A stretch of 64,000 nt of DNA from Peptococcaceae bacterium (GCA_034927285.1 JAYFQF010000011.1:23670-87669); one strand, 5' to 3'. Counted from the first letter of the stretch, positions 8,727-18,984 are shown. The notes: generated by a model not told the origin, from the sequence alone. Numbers and translations are program-made.

Positions 8727-10196
8727 TTATAACCGGGTCTGCCGCTCCTTGGCCTGGGCCAACCAGGACCTGGCCCGGCCAATGGCGGCCTTCACCTGCT
8801 CCGGGGCCGTAGCTCCATAATTATTGCGGGCGGCTACCACATTTTCCAATTGCAGGGCGTCATAGACTTCTTTTCCGATGAAAGCCCCGGCATCCTCGGC
8901 GCTTCTGCCCGCCTTCACTTCCTCCGGCAAAGCTTCCGCCATTTCCGCCAGACTTAAGTCTTCCAGACTGCGGCCTTCGGCCGCGCATTTGCCCACCAGG
9001 CTGCCCACCACATGATGGGCGTCCCGGAAAGCCAGGCCCCGGCCCACCAGATAATCCGCCAGGTCCGTAGCGTTGGAAAAGCCCTGGGCTGCCGACTGCC
9101 GCATCCGCTCCCGGCGGAATTTAGCCGTGGCTAAAAGCGGGGTCATCAACAGCAGGCATTTCTGCACCGTCTCCACAGTGTCAAATAAGGCCTCTTTATC
9201 TTCCTGCATATCCTTATTATAAGCCAGGGGCAGGCCCTTTAGCATAGTCAAAGTGCCTGTGAGATGGCCGAAAACCCGGCCGCTTTTGCCCCGGATCAGC
9301 TCCGCCACATCCGGATTTTTTTTCTGGGGCATGATGGATGAGCCGGTGGAATAGGCATCGTCCAGCTCCACAAAGGCAAACTGCTGGCTGGCCCAAAGGA
9401 TCACTTCCTCGCACAGCCGGGAGAGATGCACCATCACCAGGGAGGCGCAGGCTTCGAATTCCACGGCAAAGTCCCTGTCGGATACCCCGTCCAGGCTGTT
9501 TTCCGAAAGGGCGGAAAACCCTAATTCTTCCGCTACATACCGGCGGTCCAAAGGATAGGTAGTGCCGGCCAGGGCGCCGCTGCCCAAGGGCAGCACGTCC
9601 GTCCGCCGGCGGCAATCCGCCAGCCTGTCCACATCCCGCTGGAACATAGCGGTATAAGCCATCAGATGATGGCCCAGCGTAATGGGCTGGGCGATCTGCA
9701 GGTGAGTAAACCCGGGCATTACCCAGTCGGCATAACGATCCGCCAGATCCGTCAGGGTTTGGATCAAGCCCAATAATAGATCGCCGGTTTTATCGATTTC
9801 GGTTTTGAGATAAAGACGCACGTCCAAAGCCACCTGGTCGTTGCGGCTGCGGGCGGTGTGCAGCTTTTTGGCTACGGCACCGATCTTGGCAGTCAGCAAA
9901 GTTTCCACATTCATATGGATATCCTCGGCGCCGACGCTGAAGATCTGCCTGCCGGCCTGGATGTCGGACAGCACCTCCTCCAGTCCTTTGCCGATGGCAA
10001 GGCCTTCCTCCCGGCTGATAATCCCCTGCCGGGCCAGCATGGCGGCGTGGGCCTGACTGCCCCGGATATCCTGGCGGTAAAGCTTTTGGTCAAAGCCGAT
10101 GGAGGAATGGAAGTCCAGCACCAGACGGTCGGTCTCTTTGGAAAAACGGCCGCCCCAAAGATGCCGGTTTTCCTCCTTTTTTTGCTTTTCACTCAT
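8727..10196 (-). CDS. argH: Argininosuccinate lyase
   Basis: 'LWGGRF', 'HTARSRNDQV', 'GSSIMPQKKNPD', 'YNKDMQEDKE'. Confidence 0.98.
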   Translation of the reverse strand: MSEKQKKEENRHLWGGRFSKETDRLVLDFHSSIGFDQKLYRQDIRGSQAHAAMLARQGIISREEGLAIGKGLEEVLSDIQAGRQIFSVGAEDIHMNVETLLTAKIGAVAKKLHTARSRNDQVALDVRLYLKTEIDKTGDLLLGLIQTLTDLADRYADWVMPGFTHLQIAQPITLGHHLMAYTAMFQRDVDRLADCRRRTDVLPLGSGALAGTTYPLDRRYVAEELGFSALSENSLDGVSDRDFAVEFEACASLVMVHLSRLCEEVILWASQQFAFVELDDAYSTGSSIMPQKKNPDVAELIRGKSGRVFGHLTGTLTMLKGLPLAYNKDMQEDKEALFDTVETVQKCLLLMTPLLATAKFRRERMRQSAAQGFSNATDLADYLVGRGLAFRDAHHVVGSLVGKCAAEGRSLEDLSLAEMAEALPEEVKAGRSAEDAGAFIGKEVYDALQLENVVAARNNYGATAPEQVKAAIGRARSWLAQAKERQTRL

Positions 10197-10384
10197 GGCA
10201 AGTCTCCTGTCCGGCCGGCCGGGGCCGGAATAATTCTCCCCGGCAGAGCCTTGGCTTGATCAGCAAGGAAATGCGCCGGCGGCACTGCCCAGCGCATTTT
10301 CTGTCTCTTACGTCGTACTTTTATATACGGCCGCCGTACTTTTGTTTATGGCTTATGTCAGGCCATTGATCACCAGGCCATTGA

Positions 10385-11599
10385 TTACAGCAGGCCGTTT
10401 TTCTTCAGCATCAAAGCCCGCATGGTCAGAGGCAGGCCGAAAAGGTTGATGAAGCCTTCCGCGTCCTTTTGGTTATACACATGATCCTCTCCGAAGGTAG
10501 AGTAAGAGGCATTAAATAAAGAATAAGGGGACCAGGCGCCGGCGGAGCAGATATTTCCCTTGTACAGCTTCAGCCGGACTTTGCCGGTAACCGTTTCCTG
10601 GGTCTTGTCCACAAAAGCGTCCAAAGCTTCCCGCAAAGGATGGAACCATACGCCGTCATAAACCAATTCCGCATATTTCTGGGCCACTAAATCCTTATAA
10701 TGCAGGGTCTGCCGGTCTAAGGTCAGGTACTCCAGCTCGCTGTGGGCATAGTAGAGGATGGCTCCGCCGGGATTTTCGTAGACGCCCCGGGACTTCATGC
10801 CCACCAGCCGGTTTTCCAGAATATCGGTGACCCCCACGCCGTTGGCGGCGCCGATTTCATTTAAGCTGGTCAAAAGCTCCAAATTGGAAGCGGGGGTCTT
10901 GCCGTTCAGTTTTACGGGGATGCCTTTTTCAAATTCCAACTCGATATAGGTGGGCTTATCGGGGGCATCCTCCAGCCGTTTGCTGATCAAAAGGACGTCG
11001 TCTTTGGGCTCGTTGCCTGGGTCTTCCAGATCCGCCCCTTCATGGCTTAAGTGCCAGATGTTCCGGTCCATGCTGTAGGGACGCTCCTTAGTGACGGGGA
11101 CATCGATGCCCCGGGCTTTGGCGTAGTCCACTTCCTGCTCCCGGGATTTGATCTCCCAGATCCGCCAGGGAGCCACCACTTTTAAATCGGGAGCCAGGGC
11201 CTTCACGGTCAGCTCAAAACGGACCTGGTCGTTTCCTTTTCCGGTGCAGCCGTGGGCAATGGCCTCGGCCCCTTCCTTCCTGGCGATCTCCACCAGGCGT
11301 TTGGCGATAATAGGCCGGGCCATGGAAGTGCCCAAAAGGTACTTCCTTTCGTAAATCGCACCGGCCTTCAGGGTAGGATACACATAATCGGTGATGAACT
11401 CCTCCCGCAGGTCCTCGATGTACAGTTTGGCGGCGCCGGTCTTGGCCGCTTTTTCATGGAGGGGCTCCAGTTCTTCCCCCTGCCCTACATCCGCAGCCAT
11501 GGCGATCACCTGGTCATACTCGGTATTCTCCTTCAGCCAGGGAATGATGATGGAAGTATCCAGGCCGCCGGAATAGGCCAGTACAATTTTTTTCCCCAT
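10385..11599 (-). CDS. argG: Argininosuccinate synthase
   Basis: '[10 protein letters not shown]', '[14 protein letters not shown]', '[14 protein letters not shown]'. Confidence 0.98.
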   Translation of the reverse strand: MGKKIVLAYSGGLDTSIIIPWLKENTEYDQVIAMAADVGQGEELEPLHEKAAKTGAAKLYIEDLREEFITDYVYPTLKAGAIYERKYLLGTSMARPIIAKRLVEIARKEGAEAIAHGCTGKGNDQVRFELTVKALAPDLKVVAPWRIWEIKSREQEVDYAKARGIDVPVTKERPYSMDRNIWHLSHEGADLEDPGNEPKDDVLLISKRLEDAPDKPTYIELEFEKGIPVKLNGKTPASNLELLTSLNEIGAANGVGVTDILENRLVGMKSRGVYENPGGAILYYAHSELEYLTLDRQTLHYKDLVAQKYAELVYDGVWFHPLREALDAFVDKTQETVTGKVRLKLYKGNICSAGAWSPYSLFNASYSTFGEDHVYNQKDAEGFINLFGLPLTMRALMLKKNGLL

Positions 11600-11675
11600 T
11601 TTAAAATGACTCCTCTCAAATCGTTAGATTTTAAAGTTTTAAATATGCGTCTTTTTCCCAAAAAATTGCCAGACC

Positions 11676-12605
11676 TTACAGCAAAGCGGCTAAAATCGCT
11701 TTATGGGCATGCATCCGGTTTTCCGCTTCCTGAAAGACCCGGGATTGGGGGCCTTCGATTACGGCTTCCGTGATCTCCTCCTCCCGGTGGGCCGGCAGGC
11801 CGTGCAGGACGATGGCCTCCGGCTTGGCCGCTTTAAGCAGGGCTTCGTTTACCTGGTAGTCTTTCAGAGCGGCGATGCGTTTCTTCGCTTCTTTTTCCTG
11901 ACCCATGCTGGCCCAGACGTCGGTATAAAGCACATCGGCGCCGCCGGCCGCCAGCCGGGGATCGTCGGTAATGGTCAGGCTGGAACCGGGCTGCTTCATG
12001 GCTTCATATTCGTTAAGAGCCTTTTCCGGCGGTCTGTAGCCGGAAGGGCAGGCCAAAACGATTTCCATCCCTACTAAAGCGCAGGCGTGCATCAGGCTGA
12101 CGGCCACGTTGTTTCCGTCGCCGAAGTAAGCCAGGCGCTTTCCTTTCAGCTTACCAAAGGTTTCATAAACGGTCAGCATGTCCGCCAGGGCCTGAGTGGG
12201 ATGCTCATCGTCGGTAAGGCCGTTGATTACCGGCGCTTGGGAATATTCCGCCAATTGAAGCACTTCCTGATGGCTGTAGGTCCGGATCAGGATTCCTTCG
12301 GAATAGGAAGACAAAACCCGCGCCGTATCCTGGATGGGCTCGCCCCGGCCGATCTGCAGATCGTTTGCCGATAAAAACATGCCCAGCCCCCCCAAATGGT
12401 ACATAGCCACCTCAAAGGAGACCCGGGTACGGGTGGAGGCTTTCTGGAAAATCATCGCCAGGGTTTTCCCCTGTAAAAGAGGATGGGGAATACCTCGTTT
12501 TTGTTTATCCTTCAGTTCTATGGCAAGATCCAGCAGGAATTGGAATTCCTGGGCCGTGTAGTCGGTAAGGGATAGATAGTCCTTTCCTTTTAATGGACTG
12601 TTCAT
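11676..12605 (-). CDS. argF: Ornithine carbamoyltransferase
   Basis: 'STRTRVSFE', 'HPTQALAD', 'GDGNN', 'DVWASMG', 'HGLPA', 'AENRMH'. Confidence 0.97.
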   Translation of the reverse strand: MNSPLKGKDYLSLTDYTAQEFQFLLDLAIELKDKQKRGIPHPLLQGKTLAMIFQKASTRTRVSFEVAMYHLGGLGMFLSANDLQIGRGEPIQDTARVLSSYSEGILIRTYSHQEVLQLAEYSQAPVINGLTDDEHPTQALADMLTVYETFGKLKGKRLAYFGDGNNVAVSLMHACALVGMEIVLACPSGYRPPEKALNEYEAMKQPGSSLTITDDPRLAAGGADVLYTDVWASMGQEKEAKKRIAALKDYQVNEALLKAAKPEAIVLHGLPAHREEEITEAVIEGPQSRVFQEAENRMHAHKAILAALL

Positions 12606-12640
12606 GGGCGGAAATACCTCCTTCTTATTATTTCGGTTGT

Positions 12641-12746
12641 TTATAATTATACATCATTGCTAAATAATATGCAATGCTTTTCCGTTGAAAAGCTGTATTT
12701 ATTCTGAAGCTGCCTGGCAATATTCAAATCTCTTGATTTTTATGCA
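12641..12746 (-). promoter_or_regulatory. argF promoter with candidate ArgR (ARG) boxes
   Basis: TTGCAT(12674-69)-17-TATAAT(12651-46); ARG-box-like TGTATAATTATAA, TGCATATTATTTA, TGCATAAAAATCA overlap or lie upstream. Confidence 0.65.
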
Positions 12747-12830
12747 AAAAAGGGCGGTTTCTCCGGCCTTTTGTCCCGGCCTTTTGAAACCGTCCCTGGT
12801 ATAATCATCCTTTTTTACTAAGATTTACTC

Positions 12831-13568
12831 CTATTGCTGGCCTGCCAGATAGTATACAATGCCGCTGTATATGGCCCATGCTACCTTATCCTGATAGGCG
12901 GGATTCAGCAGTAGCTCTTCTTCTTTGGCATTGGATAAAAACCCCATTTCCACATTGACTGTAGGGATTTCCGCATTACGCATAATAAAGGTTTCCTGAT
13001 CCTCTTTCGGCAGTCTTCTGGTATTGCCCAGAGTTTCCCGCAGGCTTTGCTGCAGGCTTTCCGCCAGCTCCCGGCTGCCGGGGGCCTGAGGCGCGTAAAA
13101 CACCTGGGCTCCGGATGATGAGCTTTTGGGAAAAGAATTGCAGTGTATAGTCACATACATGCCGGCATCTTCTTCCTTGGCCAGGGCCAGCCGCCGGTTC
13201 AGGTCCTCCCGTTTGCGTTCCCGCAGGGTTTCCCTGTCCTCGCATAAGGCATTGTCCTGCTCCCGGGTCATCACCACATTGGCGCCGCCCTGGGCCAGAA
13301 GGCTGCGGACCTTGATGGCTACCTGGAGATTAATATCTTTTTCAAAGGAGCCGCTGACCCCTACCTTGCCCGGATCCTCGCCGCCATGGCCGGGGTCCAG
13401 GATGATGGTCCGGCCGGCAATGGCCCAGGACATGGCCGCCACGGCTTCTTCTCCCGGGATTTCCCGCCAGGCGGAAAAAGCCGACAAGCCCAAAGCGGCG
13501 CACAGCATCACCGACAGCCAAGGCAGGTATCTTTTCCTTAGTTCTTTATAGGACAGAAAAAAAAACAT
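12831..13568 (-). CDS. cwlD: N-acetylmuramoyl-L-alanine amidase, CwlD-type (spore cortex)
   Basis: N-terminal TM, 'ILDPGHGGEDPG', 'EKDINL', 'IHCN', 'GAQVFY', 'VEMGFLSN'; downstream of rpsI as in other spore formers; start re-called with GGGGAG RBS. Confidence 0.85.
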   Translation of the reverse strand: MFFFLSYKELRKRYLPWLSVMLCAALGLSAFSAWREIPGEEAVAAMSWAIAGRTIILDPGHGGEDPGKVGVSGSFEKDINLQVAIKVRSLLAQGGANVVMTREQDNALCEDRETLRERKREDLNRRLALAKEEDAGMYVTIHCNSFPKSSSSGAQVFYAPQAPGSRELAESLQQSLRETLGNTRRLPKEDQETFIMRNAEIPTVNVEMGFLSNAKEEELLLNPAYQDKVAWAIYSGIVYYLAGQQ

Positions 13569-13593
13569 TCCGCTCCCCCCTATCATCCCTAAC

Positions 13594-13622
13594 ATGATAT
13601 GGGGCAGAGCTTCCGCCTATGC
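13594..13622 (-). promoter_or_regulatory. Candidate sigma-E/sigma-G sporulation promoter of cwlD
   Basis: GCATA-16 nt-CATATCAT; B. subtilis cwlD is sigma-E/G controlled. Confidence 0.55.
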
Positions 13623-13640
13623 AAAAAGGAGGTAGAAAAA

Positions 13641-14081
13641 ATGCCGGATCTTCCACCCTGGGCAAAGGACCGGGGCAGCTTGGCCATATCGCCGGAGGGC
13701 ACGTCAGGGAGGTTTATTCTGGAAAGGTACCCCGAAGGGAAATTACCCCAGGGGGTTACTTTGGAGGATAACCGCACGGCTCACTATCTGCTGGACATCA
13801 GCATGACGCCTGTTCATGCGGAGGGCCAGCCGGAAGGCAGCCTGGTCAAAATCCACTTCTGTCACAACGCCACCGGCTTCACCAAGGAGCATATGGCGAA
13901 AATTTCGCCAAGGGAAAGGGAGGTGTTCAGGCTGGTAATTATGGGCGCAACCAATAAAAGCGCCGCCCATTACCTGGGAGTTACGGAGGGCACGGTAAAA
14001 AAACTGCTGTCAAACTGTTATCGCAAGCTGGGAATCAGTTCCCGCAGCGAGGCTCTGATCACATATTATTCTTCTCATTGA
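13641..14081 (+). CDS. LuxR-type HTH regulator with short PAS/PAC-like N-terminus
   Basis: RBS AAGGAGG; 'ISPREREVFRLVIMGATNKSAAHYLGVTEGTVKKLLSNCYRKLGISSR'. Confidence 0.8.
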   Translation: MPDLPPWAKDRGSLAISPEGTSGRFILERYPEGKLPQGVTLEDNRTAHYLLDISMTPVHAEGQPEGSLVKIHFCHNATGFTKEHMAKISPREREVFRLVIMGATNKSAAHYLGVTEGTVKKLLSNCYRKLGISSRSEALITYYSSH

Positions 14082-14215
14082 TGATTCTGACAAAATGTAA
14101 AGCAAATACTATTGAAAAAATTTCCATTTTTCCATAATATTAGAATAGTCAGAGCAGACAGCAGATGGTCTTCGACTTTTAGGAATCTTATCACCGTTGG
14201 GAGGAGAGTATCAAA

Positions 14216-14479
14216 ATGACGACCGATCCGATCGGAACAACGAAAATCACCTATCGAATGATAGAAACACAAAGCTTTGTCGAGGAGGCTGGCATGGTGA
14301 CCAGCTACGGAATCTGCTGCGAAGAATCTGCTGATCAGGATGGAGGGCCTGTCATCAGCCGTACCGTTCCCGATATTTCCACTCAGTCAGGCTTTGTTGA
14401 GGATTTGGTGGAGAAGCTGATCCGCCATGAGGCTTCGCCGGTTCATCTGATGGATATTATCGCAGATCACCTGATCTGA
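14216..14479 (+). CDS. Small conserved protein, DUF6514-like
   Basis: RBS GGAGGAG; 'SYGI...PDIST...VEDLVEKL...SPVHLMDII' pattern. Confidence 0.7.
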   Translation: MTTDPIGTTKITYRMIETQSFVEEAGMVTSYGICCEESADQDGGPVISRTVPDISTQSGFVEDLVEKLIRHEASPVHLMDIIADHLI

Positions 14480-14729
14480 TCATATAGACGTTAAGGAACG
14501 ACCGGATCCGATCAAAAGATCAGAAAAACCAAGACTGCCGGGGCAGGACGCCATACCGGGCCGCCGCCGGCAGTCTGTTTATTAATATTCTTGCCAAAGC
14601 CCGTTGCCGGTTCTCCCTCCTTGGAGCTTTTCATCTGCAGAAGGTCAGAAAACGCAAACCAGGGCCCCGCAAAATGCGGCGCATGGTTTGCGTTGCATTT
14701 TGTAGTCACATAGTGCGCAGGCATCCGCT

Positions 14730-17120
14730 TTACAATGTTTTGTTTTTTATTGCGGGCGAAACGCCGTCAGGCATTATCCGCAGGGCTCTCATGGCGTTTA
14801 AGGTCGCGATAACCGTCACCCCTACGTCTCCGAAAACAGCTTCCCACATAGTCGCGATACCCCCTGCGGCAAGGATCAGAACGATGATTTTGACACCCAT
14901 TGCAAAGAGGATATTCTGCCAGACGATTGACCTCGTTTTTCGGGCCACGCGAACCGCGGAAACGATTTTGGAAGGTTCGTCTGTCATCAACACCACATCG
15001 GCAGCTTCGATGGCGGCATCGGAACCTAATGCACCCATGGCGATCCCGATATCGGCTCTTGCCAATACGGGCGCGTCATTGATGCCGTCGCCGACAAATA
15101 CCAGTTTGCCTTTACCCTTTCGGTTTTTGTCCATCTGTTCCAGCTTTTCGACCTTTTGATGAGGAAGAAGCTCCGAATAAACGATGTCCAAACCGATTTC
15201 CCGGGCAATGGCTTCACCGACGGCTTTGCTGTCCCCGGTAAGCATCGCTGTCTGGCCCACGCCTAATTTCTTCAACTCAAGAATGGCCTTTTTGCTATCC
15301 GGCTTTAATTCATCGGAAATTACGATATGACCTGTGTACACCCCGTCAACCGCCAGATACACAACGCTTCCCAAGGCTGTTGCAGGGGTCCAGCCGATAT
15401 GCTCCGCCTCCATTAACTTATGGTTTCCGGCCAGCACGGGCTTGCCGTCAATTTTTACACGGATTCCCATACCTGGAATTTCTTCCTGCTCCGTAAGTCT
15501 TTGCGCATCGATTTCCTGTCCATACGCCTTCTGAATGGAGAGCGCAATAGGATGGTTTGAGAAACTCTCCGTGTGTGCGGCGCAGGCCAGGAGCTCCTGT
15601 TCCGGCCAGCCGTTCGCTCCAACAACAGAGGTCACCTTAAAAATGCCTTTTGTCAGTGTTCCGGTCTTATCAAACACAATGGTATCAATATTGTTCAGCG
15701 CCTCCAGATAGTTGCTCCCCTTGATAAGAATTCCGTTTTTGGACGCCCCGCCGATACCGCCGAAGAAGCTGAGGGGAACGGATATAACTAACGCGCAGGG
15801 GCAGGACACCACCAAAAAGGCCAGCGCCCGGTAAATCCAGTCGCTGAAAACAGCCCCCGGAATCATAAGAGGCGGGATCACCGCCAGGGCAAGTGCGGAA
15901 AAGGTGACAACGGGCGTATAGTATCTTGCGAATTTCGTGATAAAGTTCTCGGTCGGCGCCTTTTTGCTGCTGGCGTTCTGGACCAAATCCAGAATCTTAG
16001 AAATTGTGGATTCACCAAATTCCTTAGAAACCTCAATGGTCAGGACCCCGCTCTTGTTAATGGAACCGGACAACACCTCGCTGCCCGGCTCCACGTCGCG
16101 GGGAAGGGATTCGCCGGTGAGCGCGGAGGTGTCCAAAGCGGAGAAGCCTTCGATAATATGACCGTCCAGCGGGACTTTTTCCCCGGGCTTTACAATGATA
16201 AAATCGCCGATGCCGACCTCCTCCGGGGAGACTTTGCGCACTTCATTTCCTGCTTTCAAGTTAGCGAAATCAGGCCGAATATCCATCAGCGCGGAGATGG
16301 ATTTGCGGGAGCGGTTGATTGCCAGCCGCTGGAACGCTTCACCCACCTGATAGAAGAGCATAACCGCCACGCCCTCCGGATATTCGCCAATGGCAAAAGC
16401 ACCGATGGTGGCGACGCTCATCAAAAAGTTTTCGTCAAACACCTGGCCTTTGGCTATGTTTTTCAGAGCCCGGAGGACGACCTCACCGCCGATCAGAAGA
16501 TAGCTGACGAAAAACACGATAGAGCCAATCGGATAGGCAAAATCAAATATCAGGCCGATAATAAACAGCGCCGCTCCAATACCAAGGCCGAGGCGATATG
16601 TCCACTTTTTTAAATTAACGGAGCTATCCGTTTCAGCGATCTTTTTATCCGTATAAGAAATTTGAATGTCGGGTTCGATATCCAGCGCAATTTGGGACGC
16701 TTGGCGTACGATGGCCGGCAGTTTTTTTCTGTCCGCCGCCTCAATGGTCAGTTTCTGTGAAACAAAATCCAAGGCGGCTGTCTTGACGCCTTCAATACGA
16801 TTGACCTGGGTTTCAATCTTTTGCGCACAACCTCCACAGCACAGCCCTAAGAGAAAAAGTGTCTTTTGCCCCGGCTGAGAGATTTCCTTTTCGTTCATAA
16901 CCACTCCAGGATCATGCCTCTTTACAATGGCTTCGGCCTGAGCGATCAGGCTGCCGGTTTTCGTATCATCTGCGATTTCCATGGCAAGGGTTTTCGCAAC
17001 AAAATCAACAGCAGCAGATGATATGCCCTCCAGTTTGCCGATATCCCGTTGAATTTTAGCGGCGCAGTTGCCGCAGCAGAGTCCTTCTAAAATAAATTCT
17101 TTTTTGATGGCCGTATCCAT
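14730..17120 (-). CDS. cadA: Cd/Zn-translocating P1B-type ATPase with two N-terminal metal-binding domains
   Basis: CCGNC and CCGGC HMA motifs, 'DENFLM', TGES, SCPC, DKTGT, HP, GDGINDAP. Confidence 0.95.
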   Translation of the reverse strand: MDTAIKKEFILEGLCCGNCAAKIQRDIGKLEGISSAAVDFVAKTLAMEIADDTKTGSLIAQAEAIVKRHDPGVVMNEKEISQPGQKTLFLLGLCCGGCAQKIETQVNRIEGVKTAALDFVSQKLTIEAADRKKLPAIVRQASQIALDIEPDIQISYTDKKIAETDSSVNLKKWTYRLGLGIGAALFIIGLIFDFAYPIGSIVFFVSYLLIGGEVVLRALKNIAKGQVFDENFLMSVATIGAFAIGEYPEGVAVMLFYQVGEAFQRLAINRSRKSISALMDIRPDFANLKAGNEVRKVSPEEVGIGDFIIVKPGEKVPLDGHIIEGFSALDTSALTGESLPRDVEPGSEVLSGSINKSGVLTIEVSKEFGESTISKILDLVQNASSKKAPTENFITKFARYYTPVVTFSALALAVIPPLMIPGAVFSDWIYRALAFLVVSCPCALVISVPLSFFGGIGGASKNGILIKGSNYLEALNNIDTIVFDKTGTLTKGIFKVTSVVGANGWPEQELLACAAHTESFSNHPIALSIQKAYGQEIDAQRLTEQEEIPGMGIRVKIDGKPVLAGNHKLMEAEHIGWTPATALGSVVYLAVDGVYTGHIVISDELKPDSKKAILELKKLGVGQTAMLTGDSKAVGEAIAREIGLDIVYSELLPHQKVEKLEQMDKNRKGKGKLVFVGDGINDAPVLARADIGIAMGALGSDAAIEAADVVLMTDEPSKIVSAVRVARKTRSIVWQNILFAMGVKIIVLILAAGGIATMWEAVFGDVGVTVIATLNAMRALRIMPDGVSPAIKNKTL

Positions 17121-17142
17121 GTTCCTATCACCGTCCTTTCTT

Positions 17143-17214
17143 TCAGGCTTCTTTTACCACGATATCCTTGTCAGGGGAGGCGGCAGGATATATTGCTTTT
17201 TGGGTTGCACTCAT
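17143..17214 (-). CDS. Putative 23-aa small ORF (MSATQKAIYPAASPDKDIVVKEA) directly upstream of cadA
   Basis: strong RBS AAAGGAG about 9 nt before ATG; stop just before the cadA RBS. Confidence 0.4.
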   Translation of the reverse strand: MSATQKAIYPAASPDKDIVVKEA

Positions 17215-17326
17215 AGTCAATTTCTCCTTTAATTTAAATATAATATCTTTATTAAATGGTTGTTTATGCATTCAACCAATTATGCAAAAAAAGCTTTATG
17301 CTTCCCAGCAGACCTCGCCAGGAGAA

Positions 17327-17695
17327 CTACTCTTCACAAACATGAATAAGCCCCTGATCGAAAATGGCTTTGACGTGCTCATCGTTAAGAGAATAGTAGA
17401 CCACGCGTCCGTCCTTCCGGTTCTTTACCAGTTTGGACTGTTTTAAAATCCGGAGCTGGTGAGAGATTGAGGATTTGGTCATGCCCAAAAGGACGGAGAT
17501 ATCACAAACGCACATCTCCGCGCTAAACAATGCGCAAAGAATTTTTACCCGGGTGGAATCACTGAAGACTTTGAACAAATCAGCCAGATCAAGGAGCGTA
17601 TCATCATCGGGCATATGTTCTCGAACGTCATTCACGACCTCTTCATGAATGATATTGCAGTCGCACCGGTCAAGATCAGGCTCATATGCGCACAT
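17327..17695 (-). CDS. ArsR/SmtB metalloregulator (CadC/SmtB-like)
   Basis: 'CDCNIIH', 'LADLFKVFSDSTRVKIL', 'EMCVCDI', 'SHQLRILK', 'DEHV...HVCE'. Confidence 0.93.
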   Translation of the reverse strand: MCAYEPDLDRCDCNIIHEEVVNDVREHMPDDDTLLDLADLFKVFSDSTRVKILCALFSAEMCVCDISVLLGMTKSSISHQLRILKQSKLVKNRKDGRVVYYSLNDEHVKAIFDQGLIHVCEE

Positions 17696-17721
17696 AGGAA
17701 GGTCCTCCCATTAGTTGAATA

Positions 17722-17769
17722 ATTGAATCACCTTTCAATCATTATATGGCGCCGCTTTATATGTGTCAA
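17722..17769 (-). promoter_or_regulatory. Consensus promoter plus ArsR/SmtB-type operator
   Basis: TTGACA(17769-64)-17-TATAAT(17746-41); palindrome ATTGAA-tcacct-TTCAAT at 17722-17739. Confidence 0.75.
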
Positions 17770-17821
17770 TAAAAATAATTATTTTATACGACTTTAGGCC
17801 GAGGCGGAAGTATCCGCGCAT

Positions 17822-17862
17822 AAAAAAGTAAAAGGCGGACGGCTTCCGCCGCCCGCCTTTAC
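17822..17862 (-). terminator. rplM-rpsI terminator
   Basis: aaaggcgggcggc/gccgtccgccttt stem then T-rich tail on minus strand. Confidence 0.75.
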
Positions 17863-17928
17863 AGGCCGGTCAAATATGTCCTTATGCGAATTAACAGAAG
17901 GATCTGCAAGGGTTTGCAGCCGCAAAAA

Positions 17929-18324
17929 CTATCTCTTTGAGAACTGGGGAGCTCTGCGGGCGCCTTTCAGGCCGTATTTCTTTCTTTCCTTCATCCGGGG
18001 GTCCCGGGTAAGGAAACCGGCTTTTTTCAGCGCAGGACGCAGTCCCGCATCGGTCTTTAACAGGGCTCTGGCCACACCCAGACGGACAGCGCCGGCCTGG
18101 CCGGTGATGCCGCCGCCCTGGACGTTGGCGATGATATCGTAACGTCCCTCGGCTTTGGTCAGCACCAAAGGCTGTTTTACCACCATTTCCAGAGTCTTTT
18201 TGCCGAAGTACTCGCCAAGGGGTCTTTTATTAATCAGGACCTTCCCTTCGCCGGGAATCAGACGAACCTGAGCCACGGAGGTTTTCCGACGGCCTGTTCC
18301 TCTGTACTGGATTGCATTAGCCAT
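17929..18324 (-). CDS. rpsI: 30S ribosomal protein S9
   Basis: '[10 protein letters not shown]', '[10 protein letters not shown]', '[14 protein letters not shown]', C-terminal 'QFSKR'. Confidence 0.99.
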   Translation of the reverse strand: MANAIQYRGTGRRKTSVAQVRLIPGEGKVLINKRPLGEYFGKKTLEMVVKQPLVLTKAEGRYDIIANVQGGGITGQAGAVRLGVARALLKTDAGLRPALKKAGFLTRDPRMKERKKYGLKGARRAPQFSKR

Positions 18325-18342
18325 TCTTCAAATTCCTCCTTC

Positions 18343-18777
18343 CTAAGCTCTGATTTCCCATGCTTCAGGCTTTTGGGCCTCATGGGGATGCTGGGGTCCT
18401 CTGTAAACTTTCAGCTTACGGTACATCTGATCGCCCAGCTTGTTTTTGGGCAGCATTCCTCTCACTGCTTTTTCCACGATCCTCTCGGGTTTGGTCTGCA
18501 TGAGGATGCCGTAGCTGGTCCGCTTCAAACCGCCGGGATAACGGGAGTGGGTGATCATTTCTTTTTGCTGGAGCTTCTTACCGGTAAGCTCAACCTTTTC
18601 CGCGTTAATAATGATAACGAAATCTCCGGTATCAACATGGGGCGTATAAATAGGTTTATGCTTACCCCGTAGAAGAACCGCCGCTTCAACGGCCAGGGCG
18701 CCCAGGGTCTTGCCTTCAGCATCAAGGACATACCATTTGCGCTGAACTTGGCCGGATTTTGCCATGAAGGTAGTCAC
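18343..18777 (-). CDS. rplM: 50S ribosomal protein L13
   Basis: 'RKWYVLDA', '[17 protein letters not shown]', 'AVRGMLPK', 'HPHEAQKP'; GTG start with AGGAGG. Confidence 0.99.
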   Translation of the reverse strand: MTTFMAKSGQVQRKWYVLDAEGKTLGALAVEAAVLLRGKHKPIYTPHVDTGDFVIIINAEKVELTGKKLQQKEMITHSRYPGGLKRTSYGILMQTKPERIVEKAVRGMLPKNKLGDQMYRKLKVYRGPQHPHEAQKPEAWEIRA

Positions 18778-18784
18778 GATATTC

Positions 18785-18845
18785 CCTCCTAAAACTTACG
18801 TCAATTATAATCACACCGGGGCTGGTGGGGATATAATTGGATAAC
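18785..18845 (-). promoter_or_regulatory. L13 leader (ribosomal protein autoregulatory RNA)
   Basis: CCCCACCAGCCCCGGUGUG in the rplM 5'UTR resembles the conserved Firmicute L13-leader core; TTGACA-18-TATACT promoter at 18881-18852. Confidence 0.7.
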
Positions 18846-18936
18846 ATACAAAGTATAATCAAAGCATCCCGGCTGTGTCAAGTCCTAAATTACATGAAAT
18901 CCAAAGAATTCACTAAGTATTTCTTCCTTATTTATA

Positions 18937-18984
18937 TTGACAGAAAAAAAATATGGTTTAAAATTATCCTATGATTGTATACAA
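18937..18984 (+). promoter_or_regulatory. Promoter plus GntR/FCD-type operator
   Basis: TTGACA-16-TAAAAT followed by palindrome TTGTATACAA (18975-18984); GntR gene lies in the operon. Confidence 0.7.

Noticed and set aside
10359-10386. Direct repeat caggccattgat x2 after argG
   Set aside because: Short local duplication with no evident function.
17929-17950. rpsI 3' end as attB with a duplicated copy flanking the cad block
   Set aside because: No second copy of the rpsI 3' sequence found near 14.5-14.7 kb, and no integrase.
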